51,401 nt of DNA from Candidatus Binatia bacterium (GCA_040877705.1 JBBDNJ010000332.1:1-51401); one strand, 5' to 3'. Positions 36,419-46,759 are shown, counted from the first letter of the stretch. Notes: a model not told the origin generated them from the letters alone. Translations and numbers: made by a program.

Positions 36419-37516
36419 ATGATCAAACGACGCAAAACAAGACAGATCCAGATAGGTAAGGTGCTGGTAGGCGGAGATGCGCCGATTACCGTCCAATCCA
36501 TGACCAAGACCGATACCCGTGATGTCCGCGCCACCGTCAATCAGATATGGGCATTGGAGGCGGCGGGGTGCGAGATTGTGCGCGTTGCCGTGCCGGTGCG
36601 TGAAGCGGCCGAACAGCTCGGCGAAATTAAAAAGAAAATTCGTATACCGCTGGTTGCCGACATTCATTTCAATTACAAGTTAGCGCTGATTGCTTTGGCG
36701 CAGGGGGTTGACGGTTTGCGCCTCAATCCGGGTAATATCGGCGCGCGCCGGTATGTCGAGGAGGTCGTCAAGGCAGCCGCCGAGCGCAGGATTCCGATTC
36801 GCATCGGCGTCAATGCCGGCTCTTTGGAAAAGGATTTGCTGCAAAAGTACGGTGCACCCACGGTTGACGGCATGGTCGAGAGCGGCCTGCGCCACATCCG
36901 TATCTTGGAGGATTTGAATTATCCCGAGATCAAAATTTCTCTTAAGGCTTCCGACCCCCTGATGATGATCGAAGCTTACCGGATGCTCGCCGATAAAGTC
37001 GAATATCCATTTCACTTGGGCGTGACCGAAGCCGGTACGCCGAACGTCGGCACGATCAAATCCGCGGTGGGGCTGGGGACTTTACTCGCTGAAGGCATCG
37101 GTGACACCATTCGCGTTTCATTGGCCGCCGATCCGGTTGAGGAAGTGCGCGTAGGCACCGAGATCCTGAAATCACTGGGTATCAGAAAGGAAGGCCTGAC
37201 CTTCGTCGCTTGTCCGTCCTGTGGACGAGCTGACGTTGATCTGGTGAGTCTTGCCAAAGCGGTCGAAGAACGGATGATCCCCTACAACAACTTGAACATC
37301 CATGTCGCGGTCATGGGCTGCGAGGTCAATGGACCGGGAGAAGCGCGGGCTGCCGATCTTGGTGTGGCCGGCGGTAAGGGCATCGGTTTGATTTTTAAAA
37401 AGGGCGAAGTCATCCGCAAGGTGCCGGAAGCTCAGATCGTCGACGCTCTCATGGAAGAAGTGCACAAGCTTGCCCAAGAGCAGAAGACAGAGCCGGCTCC
37501 TGCCGCGAACGACTAG
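36419..37516 (+). CDS. ispG: 4-hydroxy-3-methylbut-2-en-1-yl diphosphate synthase
   Basis: RRKTRQIQIGKVLVGGDAPITVQSMT, RVAVP, GVNAGSLEKDLL, ACPSCGR, VMGCEVNGPGEA. Confidence 0.9.
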   Translation: MIKRRKTRQIQIGKVLVGGDAPITVQSMTKTDTRDVRATVNQIWALEAAGCEIVRVAVPVREAAEQLGEIKKKIRIPLVADIHFNYKLALIALAQGVDGLRLNPGNIGARRYVEEVVKAAAERRIPIRIGVNAGSLEKDLLQKYGAPTVDGMVESGLRHIRILEDLNYPEIKISLKASDPLMMIEAYRMLADKVEYPFHLGVTEAGTPNVGTIKSAVGLGTLLAEGIGDTIRVSLAADPVEEVRVGTEILKSLGIRKEGLTFVACPSCGRADVDLVSLAKAVEERMIPYNNLNIHVAVMGCEVNGPGEARAADLGVAGGKGIGLIFKKGEVIRKVPEAQIVDALMEEVHKLAQEQKTEPAPAAND

Positions 37517-37558
37517 CCGGTCCATCCAACAACCTCATTTTTTGTCCAGGGGAAGATC

Positions 37559-39277
37559 ATGCGCTGGAGTAAAACACTTATCCCCACACTCAAGGAAGAC
37601 CCGGCCGACGCCGAGGTGGTGAGTCACAAGCTACTCGTGCGCGCCGGCTTTATCCGACAAATCAGCCGCGGCATCTACGACTATTTTCCGTTGGCTCTAA
37701 AGGTCATACGCAAGATCGAAAGCATCGTCCGAGAAGAAATGGATCGGGCCGGCGCGCAAGAACTCCTCCTCCCCATCGCTTCTCCCGCCGAACTATGGCA
37801 AGAGAGCGGCCGCTGGGAGGTTTACGGCAAGGAATTAGTCAGGTTCAAAGACCGTCACGCTAGAGACTTTTGCTTGGGCCCGACCCATGAAGAGATCGTC
37901 ACCGACCTGGTGCGCAGCGCCGTGCGCTCCTACCGGGAGCTGCCCTTTAATCTTTACCAGATTCAAACCAAATTTCGGGATGAAGTGCGGCCACGCTTCG
38001 GCCTCATGCGGGGACGAGAGTTCATTATGAAGGACGCCTACAGCTTTCACACCGATGTGGAAGATTGCCGCCGTGAGTACGATAACATGTACGAGACGTA
38101 CAAAAGAATCTTTACTCGCTATGGTCTGCAATACCGGCCGGTGGAGGCCGATACCGGGGCAATCGGCGGCAGTCTGTCGCATGAGTTCCAAGTTCTCGCC
38201 GAATCCGGCGAAGATGCCATCGTCAGTTGTAACCTTTGCGATTATGCGGCCAACGTGGAAAAGGCCGAAGTCAAAGCCAGCCGGCCGGCGGCGCGGGACT
38301 TGACAGAAGAGTCACCCCAACTGGAAAAAGTCTCGACCCCCGGCAAAAGGAGCGTCGCCGAGGTTGCCGAATATCTTAAACTACCGCCGGAAAAATTTGT
38401 CAAAACATTGGTTTACAGGATCGACAACGGCGAGCTTGTAGCGGCGCTGGTGCGCGGCGATCACGAGATCAACGAGGTCAAACTGCAAACCGCTCTGGGT
38501 TGCCGGGAAGTAGCGCTCGCCGATGAAGCAGCGGTCGCCGCTACCACCGGGGTGACGCCGGGATACCTTGGACCCATCGGGTTGAACTTGCGCACGATTG
38601 CCGATCTCTCGGTCCAGTCCATGCGCGGCGCGGTTACCGGCGCCAACGAAGCCAACGCCCATTATATTGAAGTCGATCAGGAGCGTGATTTTACGCTGTC
38701 GGCCTTCGCCGATCTCAGGCTGGCGATGGCCGGAGATCATTGTCCTCGATGCGATCATGGCTTGCTCGAAGCTCACCGCGGCATCGAAGTGGGCCAGGTG
38801 TTTTATCTTGGCAAAAAATATAGTGAAGCACTGGGCGCAACTTATCTCGATGCCGAAGGCAGGGAGCGGCCCATGGAAATGGGCTGCTACGGTATTGGTA
38901 TCAGCCGCTTGGTTGCGGCCGCAGTGGAGCAGAATCACGATGCCAACGGAATTATCTGGCCGTTATCGATTGCGCCGTTTCAGGTATTGCTGTTGCCGAT
39001 CAATTACAATGACAAAGCAACTCGCGAGGCGGCCGATCGGCTTTATGACGAATTGCGGCGGCGCGGCGTTGAAGTCTTATTTGACGATCGGGATGAACGC
39101 CCGGGAGTGAAATTCAAAGACGGCGATCTGATCGGTATCCCTCTGCGTATAACCGTCGGCGCCAAGGGATTGGCAAAGAGTTGTCTCGAGCTGCGCTGGC
39201 GGCGCGACGGCAAGACCGTGGAGATAGCGCTGGCCGGCGCCGCGCAGACGATCCACAGTCACCTGGCGCAGGCGTAA
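37559..39277 (+). CDS. proS: proline--tRNA ligase (bacterial type with insertion/editing domain)
   Basis: MRWSKTLIPTLKEDPADAEVVSHKLLVRAGFIRQ..., FRDEVRPRFGLMRGREF.MKDAYSF, GCYGIG.SR. Confidence 0.95.
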   Translation: MRWSKTLIPTLKEDPADAEVVSHKLLVRAGFIRQISRGIYDYFPLALKVIRKIESIVREEMDRAGAQELLLPIASPAELWQESGRWEVYGKELVRFKDRHARDFCLGPTHEEIVTDLVRSAVRSYRELPFNLYQIQTKFRDEVRPRFGLMRGREFIMKDAYSFHTDVEDCRREYDNMYETYKRIFTRYGLQYRPVEADTGAIGGSLSHEFQVLAESGEDAIVSCNLCDYAANVEKAEVKASRPAARDLTEESPQLEKVSTPGKRSVAEVAEYLKLPPEKFVKTLVYRIDNGELVAALVRGDHEINEVKLQTALGCREVALADEAAVAATTGVTPGYLGPIGLNLRTIADLSVQSMRGAVTGANEANAHYIEVDQERDFTLSAFADLRLAMAGDHCPRCDHGLLEAHRGIEVGQVFYLGKKYSEALGATYLDAEGRERPMEMGCYGIGISRLVAAAVEQNHDANGIIWPLSIAPFQVLLLPINYNDKATREAADRLYDELRRRGVEVLFDDRDERPGVKFKDGDLIGIPLRITVGAKGLAKSCLELRWRRDGKTVEIALAGAAQTIHSHLAQA

Positions 39278-39280
39278 ACT

Positions 39281-40063
39281 ATGACCTCTAAATTGGAACT
39301 GCTTCGCACCCGGCATTCCATGCGCGAGCGCCTGATCGTCGCTCTCGACGTCGATGATCTGAATCATGCGAAAGAATTAGTTCAACGCCTCGCCGGTGAA
39401 GTGGGAATGTTCAAGATCGGCAAGCAGTTGTTCACCCATGCAGGGCCGCAGGCGGTGCGTTTGATCCAAGAGGTCGGCGGCGAAATCTTTCTCGACCTCA
39501 AATTCCACGACATTCCCAACACCGTTGCCAAAGCAGCCGTTGAAGCCACTCGCATGGGTGTCAAGATGTTCAACGTGCATGCCTCGGGGAGTCTCGAGAT
39601 GATGCGTACTACGGTCAAAGAAGTGCGGCGGGTATGCCGGCAAGAGAAACGGCGCAAGCCGATCATGCTGGCGGTCACCGTGTTGACGAGCTTGAATCAA
39701 GATGACCTCAAGCGGGTCGGCGTCGACGGGCGAGTGGCCGCCCAAGTCGTGCGCCTAGCGCTATTGACCAAAGAAGCGGGGATGGACGGTGTCGTCGCTT
39801 CGCCTCATGAAGTGGCTGACATTCGCGAACATTGCGGCCGGCGTTTCGTCATCGTCACTCCCGGAATTCGCCCGCTAGCTGCCCCGCGCAACGATCAGCA
39901 GCGCGTTATGACTCCGGCCGAGGCGGTTAAAGCCGGCATCGATTACATCGTCGTCGGACGTCCCATTGTCGAGGCCAAAGATCCGGTTGCCGCCGCCCGG
40001 GCAATGATCGCCGAGATGAATCCCGCGGCAGAAAAAGCTATTTTGCCTTCGGCATCGTTCTAG
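39281..40063 (+). CDS. pyrF: orotidine 5'-phosphate decarboxylase
   Basis: LIVALDV..., MFKIG, IFLDLKFHDIPNT, IVVGRPI. Confidence 0.9.
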   Translation: MTSKLELLRTRHSMRERLIVALDVDDLNHAKELVQRLAGEVGMFKIGKQLFTHAGPQAVRLIQEVGGEIFLDLKFHDIPNTVAKAAVEATRMGVKMFNVHASGSLEMMRTTVKEVRRVCRQEKRRKPIMLAVTVLTSLNQDDLKRVGVDGRVAAQVVRLALLTKEAGMDGVVASPHEVADIREHCGRRFVIVTPGIRPLAAPRNDQQRVMTPAEAVKAGIDYIVVGRPIVEAKDPVAAARAMIAEMNPAAEKAILPSASF

Positions 40064-40145
40064 CTCTGATGAGCAGTTCCGAGTGACGCAACGATTTAGC
40101 GGCAAGCTTTTGACCGCGACTGCGTGTTCGTCGCCTCTATTTTGC

Positions 40146-40940
40146 CTATTTGCCCCATTGACGAAAGAAATGATGCACCGGGCCGTGGCCGCTGCCAACG
40201 GCAAAACCTTTGCGGATCGCCGCCGTAACGTAAGTCTTGGCGTGCATCACCGCGCTCTCTAACTTCTCGCCCTTGGCCAGATATGCAGCGATGGCGGCCG
40301 ACAGCGTGCAGCCGGTGCCGTGGGTATGGACAGTGCGGATGCGTTGAGCGCGCAGCTCGCGGAACTTTTTGCCGTCGAAAAATAAATCCGTAGCCGGCCC
40401 GCGCCGGTGACCGCCCTTTATCATCACGCTCTGCGCTCCCATGTCGACGATTCGCTGCGCCGCCCGGCGAATGTCTCTGGCGTTGGCAATTGTCAAGCCG
40501 GTTAATTCGTTTGCCTCGGGGATATTGGGTGTGACCAGAGTCGCCAGTGGAATGAGATGCGCGCGCAGCGCAGCGATGGCATTTTTATTGATCAGCAAGT
40601 CTCCCGAGGCCGCTACCATCACCGGATCGACAACGATGTTTCCCAGATGATGTTGGTGGATTTTTTCAGCCACGGCTTTGACAATCGGCGCATTGGCCAG
40701 CATGCCCGTTTTCACGGCATGGGCGCCGATATCGACCACGACGGCTTCGATTTGTGACGCCACCAGCTTGGGCGGCAGTTCGAAAACCTCGGTTACCCCG
40801 ACCGTGTTTTGCGCTGTAATTGCCGTGATTGCCGATGTTCCATAAACGCCCAGCGCCGCGAATGTCTTCAGATCGGCTTGGATACCCGCGCCGGCGCCGG
40901 AGTCCGAACCGGCAATCGTCAATACTTTGCAAATTTTCAT
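40146..40940 (-). CDS. thiD: hydroxymethylpyrimidine/phosphomethylpyrimidine kinase
   Basis: [34 protein letters not shown]...TAQNT matches ThiD N-termini. An alternative ATG lies 9 nt upstream (40949). Confidence 0.9.
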   Translation of the reverse strand: MKICKVLTIAGSDSGAGAGIQADLKTFAALGVYGTSAITAITAQNTVGVTEVFELPPKLVASQIEAVVVDIGAHAVKTGMLANAPIVKAVAEKIHQHHLGNIVVDPVMVAASGDLLINKNAIAALRAHLIPLATLVTPNIPEANELTGLTIANARDIRRAAQRIVDMGAQSVMIKGGHRRGPATDLFFDGKKFRELRAQRIRTVHTHGTGCTLSAAIAAYLAKGEKLESAVMHAKTYVTAAIRKGFAVGSGHGPVHHFFRQWGK

Positions 40941-41696
40941 AGGCCACATCGTAGCAAAGCCGGCATGGAGTTACGACTGAAGAATTTTCAGTTGCGCAGG
41001 TCCCGTGCTCCTGATCCGGCATCAAAGTCCGCCATTGTAAGCCGGTCCTGTACGACCAATGTCCCGATACGGGTTTTAGCTTGATCTTTATTCTTCATTC
41101 CAGCCGAACATTAACGTGCAGGGGCTGGATACTTTTTACTACAGCTCGGGCCTGCTTCTCTGTGCGAGTTGCTCCGAGAGAAAAAATCGTCTGGGTTTAC
41201 GCCGTAGATCTGCACCGCCTCCGGTACAATCGTTGTTGGCACATGGGTTGCGTTAGGATTGGAGTGATAGAGTTACGAGAAGCAACTACGATTTACGAGA
41301 ACGAAACGAAAGAGGCGGGTGTCTTATGTACGAGTTTTTATTTTTGGCGCTCATTGCGGTCTATCTCACAATCTCCTATCGCCCCAGCTCAAAAGAGCCT
41401 AATAGAAGCGGTCGGGGTGAATGGAATAAGCGATTTCTCGGCATGATCCGGAGAAACAACGGATAATTTTAGTCGTTGTGAGCCAAAGCAGATGACAAAA
41501 ACCTGTCGAGATTGTGACAAAGACGCATCTTTCGTTGACACACTCCGTTGACAGGGCAAGGAGATTTGAATTCGATATTCTTCGCAGTAAAACCACTCTC
41601 AGTTCATTGGATCTAGCGTTTAAGAGATCATCGAGATCAGATCCGCGTTTTCTTTGAAATTCGTTTATATTAAAGTCATATCATTATTCTTTTTGG

Positions 41697-43460
41697 ATGT
41701 TGACCCGAAAACAGGAGAGCCTGCGTCAAAGAGGGCGCCAATCCTATGAATCCCGAAACAAGAAAGGCCCTGTGGCTACGTTTCTCAATTACGCGCCAGT
41801 GCCGCTAACTTTTGGCACCAGTGGGCTGCGCGGCCTGGTCAAAGACATCACCGACCTCGAGGCATACATCAATGTCAAGGGGGCGCTGCGATATTTTTTT
41901 AGCATCGGCGATATCCGTGCGGGCAGCGCAGTTGTCCTGGCAGGCGACCTGCGGCCGAGTACTGACCGCATCATGAAAGCTTGCGTGCAAGCAGTCGTCG
42001 ACACGGATTGCGTGGTAGAGAATGCCGGCAAGATTCCGACTCCCGCGTTAGTCGCACATGCCCTATCAACCAAACGTGCCGGCGTGATGGTGAGCGGCAG
42101 CCATATTCCATTCGATCGTAACGGCATCAAGCTCAACAAGAGCGTTGGCGAAGTATTGAAAGCGGACGAACCGGGCATCATCCGCGAAGTCGAGAAGGTA
42201 CGCGCCGAAGAGTATCGCCGGTCCGCCACCGCATCGGCGTTTGAGGGTGCGGGAATGCTCAAGCGCTCGCCGGAATTGCCACCACTCGAGCGGGCCGCCG
42301 AAGAAGCGTACGTCGGCCGCTATCTGAGCAGCTTTACCAGCGGCGGTCTGTCCGGCTTGCGCGTTCTCGTGTATCAGCATTCGGCGGTAGGCCGCGATAT
42401 TTTGGCGCGCATTCTGAACGAATTGGGCGCCGAGGTGATCACCGCAGGACGCAGCGACACCTTCATTCCCATCGACACCGAGAATGTCACCGCCGAACAG
42501 TTGGATCGTCTGGAGGAGTTCGCCGTCGCCGGCGAAACCAGCGGCCCGCTTCATGCCATCGTTTCCAGTGACGGAGATTCCGATCGGCCGCTGGTAACGG
42601 CCGTGCTGCCTGTTAGCGAACTTTATCCTGGCCAAAGACGCGTGCGTTTCTTGCCCGGTGACCTTCTGGGGATCGTGGTTGCCGAATACCTGCGCGCGGA
42701 TGCCGCCGCCGTTCCCATCAGCGCCAACGATGCGGTCGAGCGGCGTATGAGCGAGCGTGGGGTTTTGCTCGAAATGACTAAGATTGGATCGCCATACGTC
42801 GTCGCCGCCCTGGACCAGTTAGCCGGCGCTGGGAATCGCCAACGCATCGTCGGCTGGGAAGCCAATGGCGGATTTTTGACCGGCAGCGATATCGTTTTAA
42901 GTGCCGGCACCCTGGCCGCGCTGCCGACGCGCGATTCGGTCTTGCCAATCCTGGCAAATCTGTTCGCTGCGGCAGAGCAGAAGATCGCTTTGGCCGCTTT
43001 ATGGGACCGGTTGCCGGCGCGCTTCGGATGCGCCGGTTTACTCGACGACTTCCCGATGGCGGCGAGCCGGGCCATCCTCGCGCAACTGATTCCGCCCGGC
43101 GATTTAAGTGAGGTGGAGTTCGATGGCGCGGGACGCGTGCTCGATCGCAGTCGTGCCGGCGTCCCGCCTACGCCGCTCCCGGAAGCGGCAACCCAAGATT
43201 GGCAGCGAATCAAGGCGGTGTTAAGCCGTTTCTTCACGCCCGCGTTGGGCTTCGCCGGCATCGCGCGCATCAATGTGCTCGACGGCGTGCGCATCTATTT
43301 TCACAACGGCGACGTCGCCCATGTCCGGCCTTCGGGCAACGCGCCGCAGTTGCGGCTTTATGCTAACGGCGATTCGCAATTGCGCGCCGATCAAATTGTC
43401 GCGCTCGCACTGCGCCAACCCGATGGGATCTTGCGTCAACTGGAGCGGGCGTTTGTATAA
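41697..43460 (+). CDS. alpha-D-phosphohexomutase-family enzyme (phosphomannomutase/phosphoglucomutase-like)
   Basis: FGTSGLRG, active-site loop SGSHIPFDRNGIK, metal loop SSDGDSDRP, sugar loop GWEANGG, phosphate loop RPSGNAPQLRLY. Start is ambiguous (ATG 41697 without RBS; GTG 41772 after AGAAAGG). Confidence 0.8.
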   Translation: MLTRKQESLRQRGRQSYESRNKKGPVATFLNYAPVPLTFGTSGLRGLVKDITDLEAYINVKGALRYFFSIGDIRAGSAVVLAGDLRPSTDRIMKACVQAVVDTDCVVENAGKIPTPALVAHALSTKRAGVMVSGSHIPFDRNGIKLNKSVGEVLKADEPGIIREVEKVRAEEYRRSATASAFEGAGMLKRSPELPPLERAAEEAYVGRYLSSFTSGGLSGLRVLVYQHSAVGRDILARILNELGAEVITAGRSDTFIPIDTENVTAEQLDRLEEFAVAGETSGPLHAIVSSDGDSDRPLVTAVLPVSELYPGQRRVRFLPGDLLGIVVAEYLRADAAAVPISANDAVERRMSERGVLLEMTKIGSPYVVAALDQLAGAGNRQRIVGWEANGGFLTGSDIVLSAGTLAALPTRDSVLPILANLFAAAEQKIALAALWDRLPARFGCAGLLDDFPMAASRAILAQLIPPGDLSEVEFDGAGRVLDRSRAGVPPTPLPEAATQDWQRIKAVLSRFFTPALGFAGIARINVLDGVRIYFHNGDVAHVRPSGNAPQLRLYANGDSQLRADQIVALALRQPDGILRQLERAFV

Positions 43461-43500
43461 GCAAGATATTTAACGTCGGGTGCTTTTGGGGCTTCCGCTA

Positions 43501-44121
43501 TTATTTCGCGTGCGGGTCGCTGGCGCGCGATAGTGTTGAGGTGAGGATCTTCAGATGCTCGCTTTCCTCGATGTAGCGCACGAACCGGTATTTGTTTTCT
43601 TGCGAGTCTAAAGCAGCCGCCGGAACATCGCCCGCTCCCGCCTCGACCTTGGCTAGGATGAAGTAGAGATCGTTGCTTTTTAAAGCGCGTTGGAACCCTT
43701 CTTCAAATTCAGCCAGTGTTTTTGCGGTCACGACATGGGTAAAACCGCAGCCGCGCGCAACCGCCGCCAGGTCGGCCTGCCCAGCGGTTGCCGTGGGCGC
43801 GCCGCGGGAGGATTCGTAGCATTCGTTATCGAAGACGATATGAATAAGGTTCGCCGGATGCTGATTCGCCATGGTTGCCAGGCTGCCGAGATTGAGCAGC
43901 AAAGATCCGTCGCCGTCGAACGCCACAACCTTTCGGTGCGGCAGCGCCAAAGCCAAACCGAGGGCCATGGAAGAAGTAAGTCCAAGGTTCTGCAGATGGT
44001 AATTACCCGGGTGAGGCCTCAGAGCTTGCCATTCGTGGCGCACGGCGCCGAGGTTGGTGACCACCAGTTCATCGCCGAAGCGCGGCGCGACCGCGCGCAG
44101 ACAGTCGTATCTTTTCATCAA
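43501..44121 (-). CDS. thiamine-diphosphate enzyme, beta subunit (sulfopyruvate decarboxylase ComE-like)
   Basis: TPP-binding motif GDGSLLLNLGSLATMA...N; about 206 aa, split-subunit architecture. Confidence 0.7.
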   Translation of the reverse strand: MMKRYDCLRAVAPRFGDELVVTNLGAVRHEWQALRPHPGNYHLQNLGLTSSMALGLALALPHRKVVAFDGDGSLLLNLGSLATMANQHPANLIHIVFDNECYESSRGAPTATAGQADLAAVARGCGFTHVVTAKTLAEFEEGFQRALKSNDLYFILAKVEAGAGDVPAAALDSQENKYRFVRYIEESEHLKILTSTLSRASDPHAK

Positions 44122-44122
44122 A

Positions 44123-44623
44123 CTACCTCAGGGCTTGTTTGTTAAGGACGATGGCCGTGGGCCGGCGCGAGGAACGCGCCAGCATCTGACTATCGCGTAT
44201 CGTAGGACGAATATCCTCAAAGCGGCCGACTTTCTCGTAGACAATATGCATGGCTTGCAACACCGGCTCGGTCAGAGCACCGACGGTGGCATGCCCGGCG
44301 TTTTCTTCGCCGACGCCGCCACTGTGACCGATCAACATTAAGACCGGTATACCCGGGTGAATACAGACTGTCGCTAACGCGTTGGCTGACAGGAGGAAGC
44401 CGGCGTTCATCATCACCATCGCCGGTTTTTTACCGCCCAGGTAGGCGCCGGCGCAGATGCCGATTCCTTCTTCCTCACGAGTGACGGGCACGTGGTGAAT
44501 GGCCGTATCTTCACCTATCGCCATCACCAAGTCATGCAGATTCGCTTCCGTCAAGGTCGCGACGAAATCAACTCCGGCCTCTTTAAGAGAATCGACGATT
44601 TCCGCCGCCACTTCCCTTTTCAT
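44123..44623 (-). CDS. thiamine-diphosphate enzyme, alpha subunit (sulfopyruvate decarboxylase ComD-like)
   Basis: 166 aa pyrimidine-binding domain (VDFVATLTEANL...REEEGIGICAGAYLGGKKPAMVMMNAG). Stop is 1 nt before the start of the beta subunit; RBS AGGAGG. Confidence 0.7.
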   Translation of the reverse strand: MKREVAAEIVDSLKEAGVDFVATLTEANLHDLVMAIGEDTAIHHVPVTREEEGIGICAGAYLGGKKPAMVMMNAGFLLSANALATVCIHPGIPVLMLIGHSGGVGEENAGHATVGALTEPVLQAMHIVYEKVGRFEDIRPTIRDSQMLARSSRRPTAIVLNKQALR

Positions 44624-44872
44624 GGTTCCTCCTACTGCCGCGGTCTCAGTTGCGTAGTTCGAATCCGAAATGATTTATCGGTAACCCAGTGCCACGCTGC
44701 CGAGTCGGCTAAACCCGATAGCCGCGCAAAATCGGCGCCCCGCGCGACAACGCAACCTAGGCCGCTGAACTTTCGCAATTCCACCCTTCTATAGCGAAGC
44801 TACCGTGATTATTCAAGTTAGGATGAGGCTGAATCAATTCATCACGCCGCGGATCAGTTGTGACGAGCGGCA

Positions 44873-45091
44873 CTAGCGCTTCGGCGCGTGGTCTCTCGCT
44901 CTCATACACTTAGCAAAAGCTTGCGCTTTGTCGCCGGCGCCGGCCAGGGCTGCCTCGCGTTCGCAGTCGGTGGTGTCACGACTATAGCTAGCTGCGCCGG
45001 AGGTTGTGCTACCCCTGTCGCTCGGTGGAGATGGGCGCGTGTTAACGCAGCCCGCCAGAAGCAGCGCCACAACGAGTACTGCTATTTTCAT
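44873..45091 (-). CDS. small lipoprotein
   Basis: MKIAVLVVALLLAGC with lipobox LAGC; 72 aa. Confidence 0.6.
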   Translation of the reverse strand: MKIAVLVVALLLAGCVNTRPSPPSDRGSTTSGAASYSRDTTDCEREAALAGAGDKAQAFAKCMRARDHAPKR

Positions 45092-45585
45092 TCATCTTCT
45101 CCTTCCTGCAAAGCTGGTTTCACCCAGCTATTGGCCTGCCCCATCATCTCGATCGCCGTCGTAAAGATCGGCTCATCCCATTCAACTTTCCTGCGCAGGC
45201 GAAATTTGTAGTTCTTTCTTGACCTTAACACTCTTGGCCGTCTGCGCTAAGTAGCAGCAAACCATGTCCGAAGACCTGAAAAGGGAGACGGACCGTTTGA
45301 AACACTTTTCCAGATGAATCACAGGCAGCCTTGAGAGATTAAAAAATAAACAACGGCGGAAGACGGATTTAAGAAATTGCACAAGCACGTTTGGTGAAAG
45401 AAACCGCTCTATTGAATTGATCGCCTTTATCCGGTCATGTTAAGAAATAGGGCAACTCGCGAACGGAGCATGGCGGGTGGCATGCTTACAAGGTGAGAAT
45501 TCGTGAAACCGTTTGGCGCGGACTGACCGTAGCAAGCGAGCGACTCCAAGTTGGCTTGGCCGACGTTACCCCGAAGGAGGATTCG

Positions 45586-46647
45586 ATGGGAGCGATTGAC
45601 GCTGATGCTCATGTGATCGAGACGGTGCAGACTTGGAGCTATCTGCAAGATGATGAGCGACGTTTCACGCCGCAATTGATGACGCAGACCTTCGGCGAGA
45701 AACTTCTTAGTAATGAAGGAATCGCCGTACCGGAATTTTGGGTGATCGAGAGCCGAGCGTTCGGCAAAGACCGCAACGTCGGCACCGATACATCAAAGGA
45801 ATCGCGCGAGATGCTAAGCGTCCAGGCGCGACTGGCTCACATGGACGAGCTCGGCATCGAGACCCAGGTGCTTTATCCGACGCTGTTTCTCCGGCCGATT
45901 GTACAGGACGTTGAGCGCGAGAGCGCCCTGTGCAAGTCCTATAACCGCTGGATGGCCGATCTTTGGCGCCAGGGCAAGGGCCGGTTGGGTTGGGTGGCCA
46001 AGCCGCCTCTGCGCCTCCTTGAAAAAACGCCGGCCGCGGTAAGCGATGAACTCGAGTGGGCTAAGAACAACGGCGCTTGCGGGATCTTCATGCGCGGGTT
46101 GGAATGCGAGCGGGCGCTCGGCTCACCCTATTTCTACCGGCTCTGGGAGATGTCGGGGGATCTGGATCTACCCGTTTGCATCCATTCGGCCAACGGCAGC
46201 TTTTTCCATCATGACTTCTTTGCCGAAGACACGAGTTTTACCAAGTTCAAGCTGGCTGTCGTCGGCGCGTTTCATACGCTTCTTGAAAAGGAGATCCCAA
46301 AAAAATTTCCGAAAGTCCGTTGGGGCTTCGTTGAGGTCGGCGCGCAGTGGGTGCCTTACGTTCTGAACGATCTGGCCGATCGCTATCGGCGCCAGGGCAA
46401 GTCGTTTCCGGCGGACGCGCTCGCCGCCAACAACATGTGGGTGGCCTGCGAGAACACCGATGATCTGCCCTACGTTTTAAGCCATGCGGGTGAGGATTGT
46501 CTGATGATCGGGACCGACTACGGTCACCATGATCCTTCAACCGAACTCAATGCCATTCATCTGCTGCGTAACGACAAGCGGATCGCACCCTCGGTGGTCA
46601 GCAAAATCCTCGAGATAAATCCGCGAAAATTTTATAGCCTTAATTGA
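45586..46647 (+). CDS. amidohydrolase-2-family metal-dependent hydrolase
   Basis: MGAIDADAHVIE (HxH-like start of the TIM-barrel hydrolases), ...IHSANG..., GTDYGHHD. Strong RBS GAAGGAGG before the ATG at 45586. Confidence 0.75.
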   Translation: MGAIDADAHVIETVQTWSYLQDDERRFTPQLMTQTFGEKLLSNEGIAVPEFWVIESRAFGKDRNVGTDTSKESREMLSVQARLAHMDELGIETQVLYPTLFLRPIVQDVERESALCKSYNRWMADLWRQGKGRLGWVAKPPLRLLEKTPAAVSDELEWAKNNGACGIFMRGLECERALGSPYFYRLWEMSGDLDLPVCIHSANGSFFHHDFFAEDTSFTKFKLAVVGAFHTLLEKEIPKKFPKVRWGFVEVGAQWVPYVLNDLADRYRRQGKSFPADALAANNMWVACENTDDLPYVLSHAGEDCLMIGTDYGHHDPSTELNAIHLLRNDKRIAPSVVSKILEINPRKFYSLN

Positions 46648-46759
46648 CGCGGGGTAGAGAGGAGAGCGTCGAGGGTCTCGAAAGGATTTTACTGAAAAAC
46701 TCCAACCCCGAGTGCCTGGCAAGTTCGACACGCGCTCCCGTGCGCCAAAGGAGTCGACG

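Noticed and set aside
40950-41090. Possible TPP (THI-box) riboswitch upstream of thiD, suggested by CCTGATCCGG.
   Set aside because: The motif is on the wrong strand for thiD. The CTGAGA element and the complementary GCCGGCG/AGGGA partners are missing. It does not fit the consensus.
41081-41446. 121-aa plus-strand ORF and overlapping 65-aa minus-strand ORF in the thiD/phosphohexomutase spacer.
   Set aside because: They have Cys/Arg/Trp-rich odd composition, no RBS and no family resemblance. Probably non-coding.
44650-44680. GTTCGAATCC, which resembles a tRNA T-loop.
   Set aside because: The flanking 5-mers cannot pair as a T-stem, and no acceptor, D or anticodon arms can be drawn. It lies in the 5' leader of the ComD-like gene.
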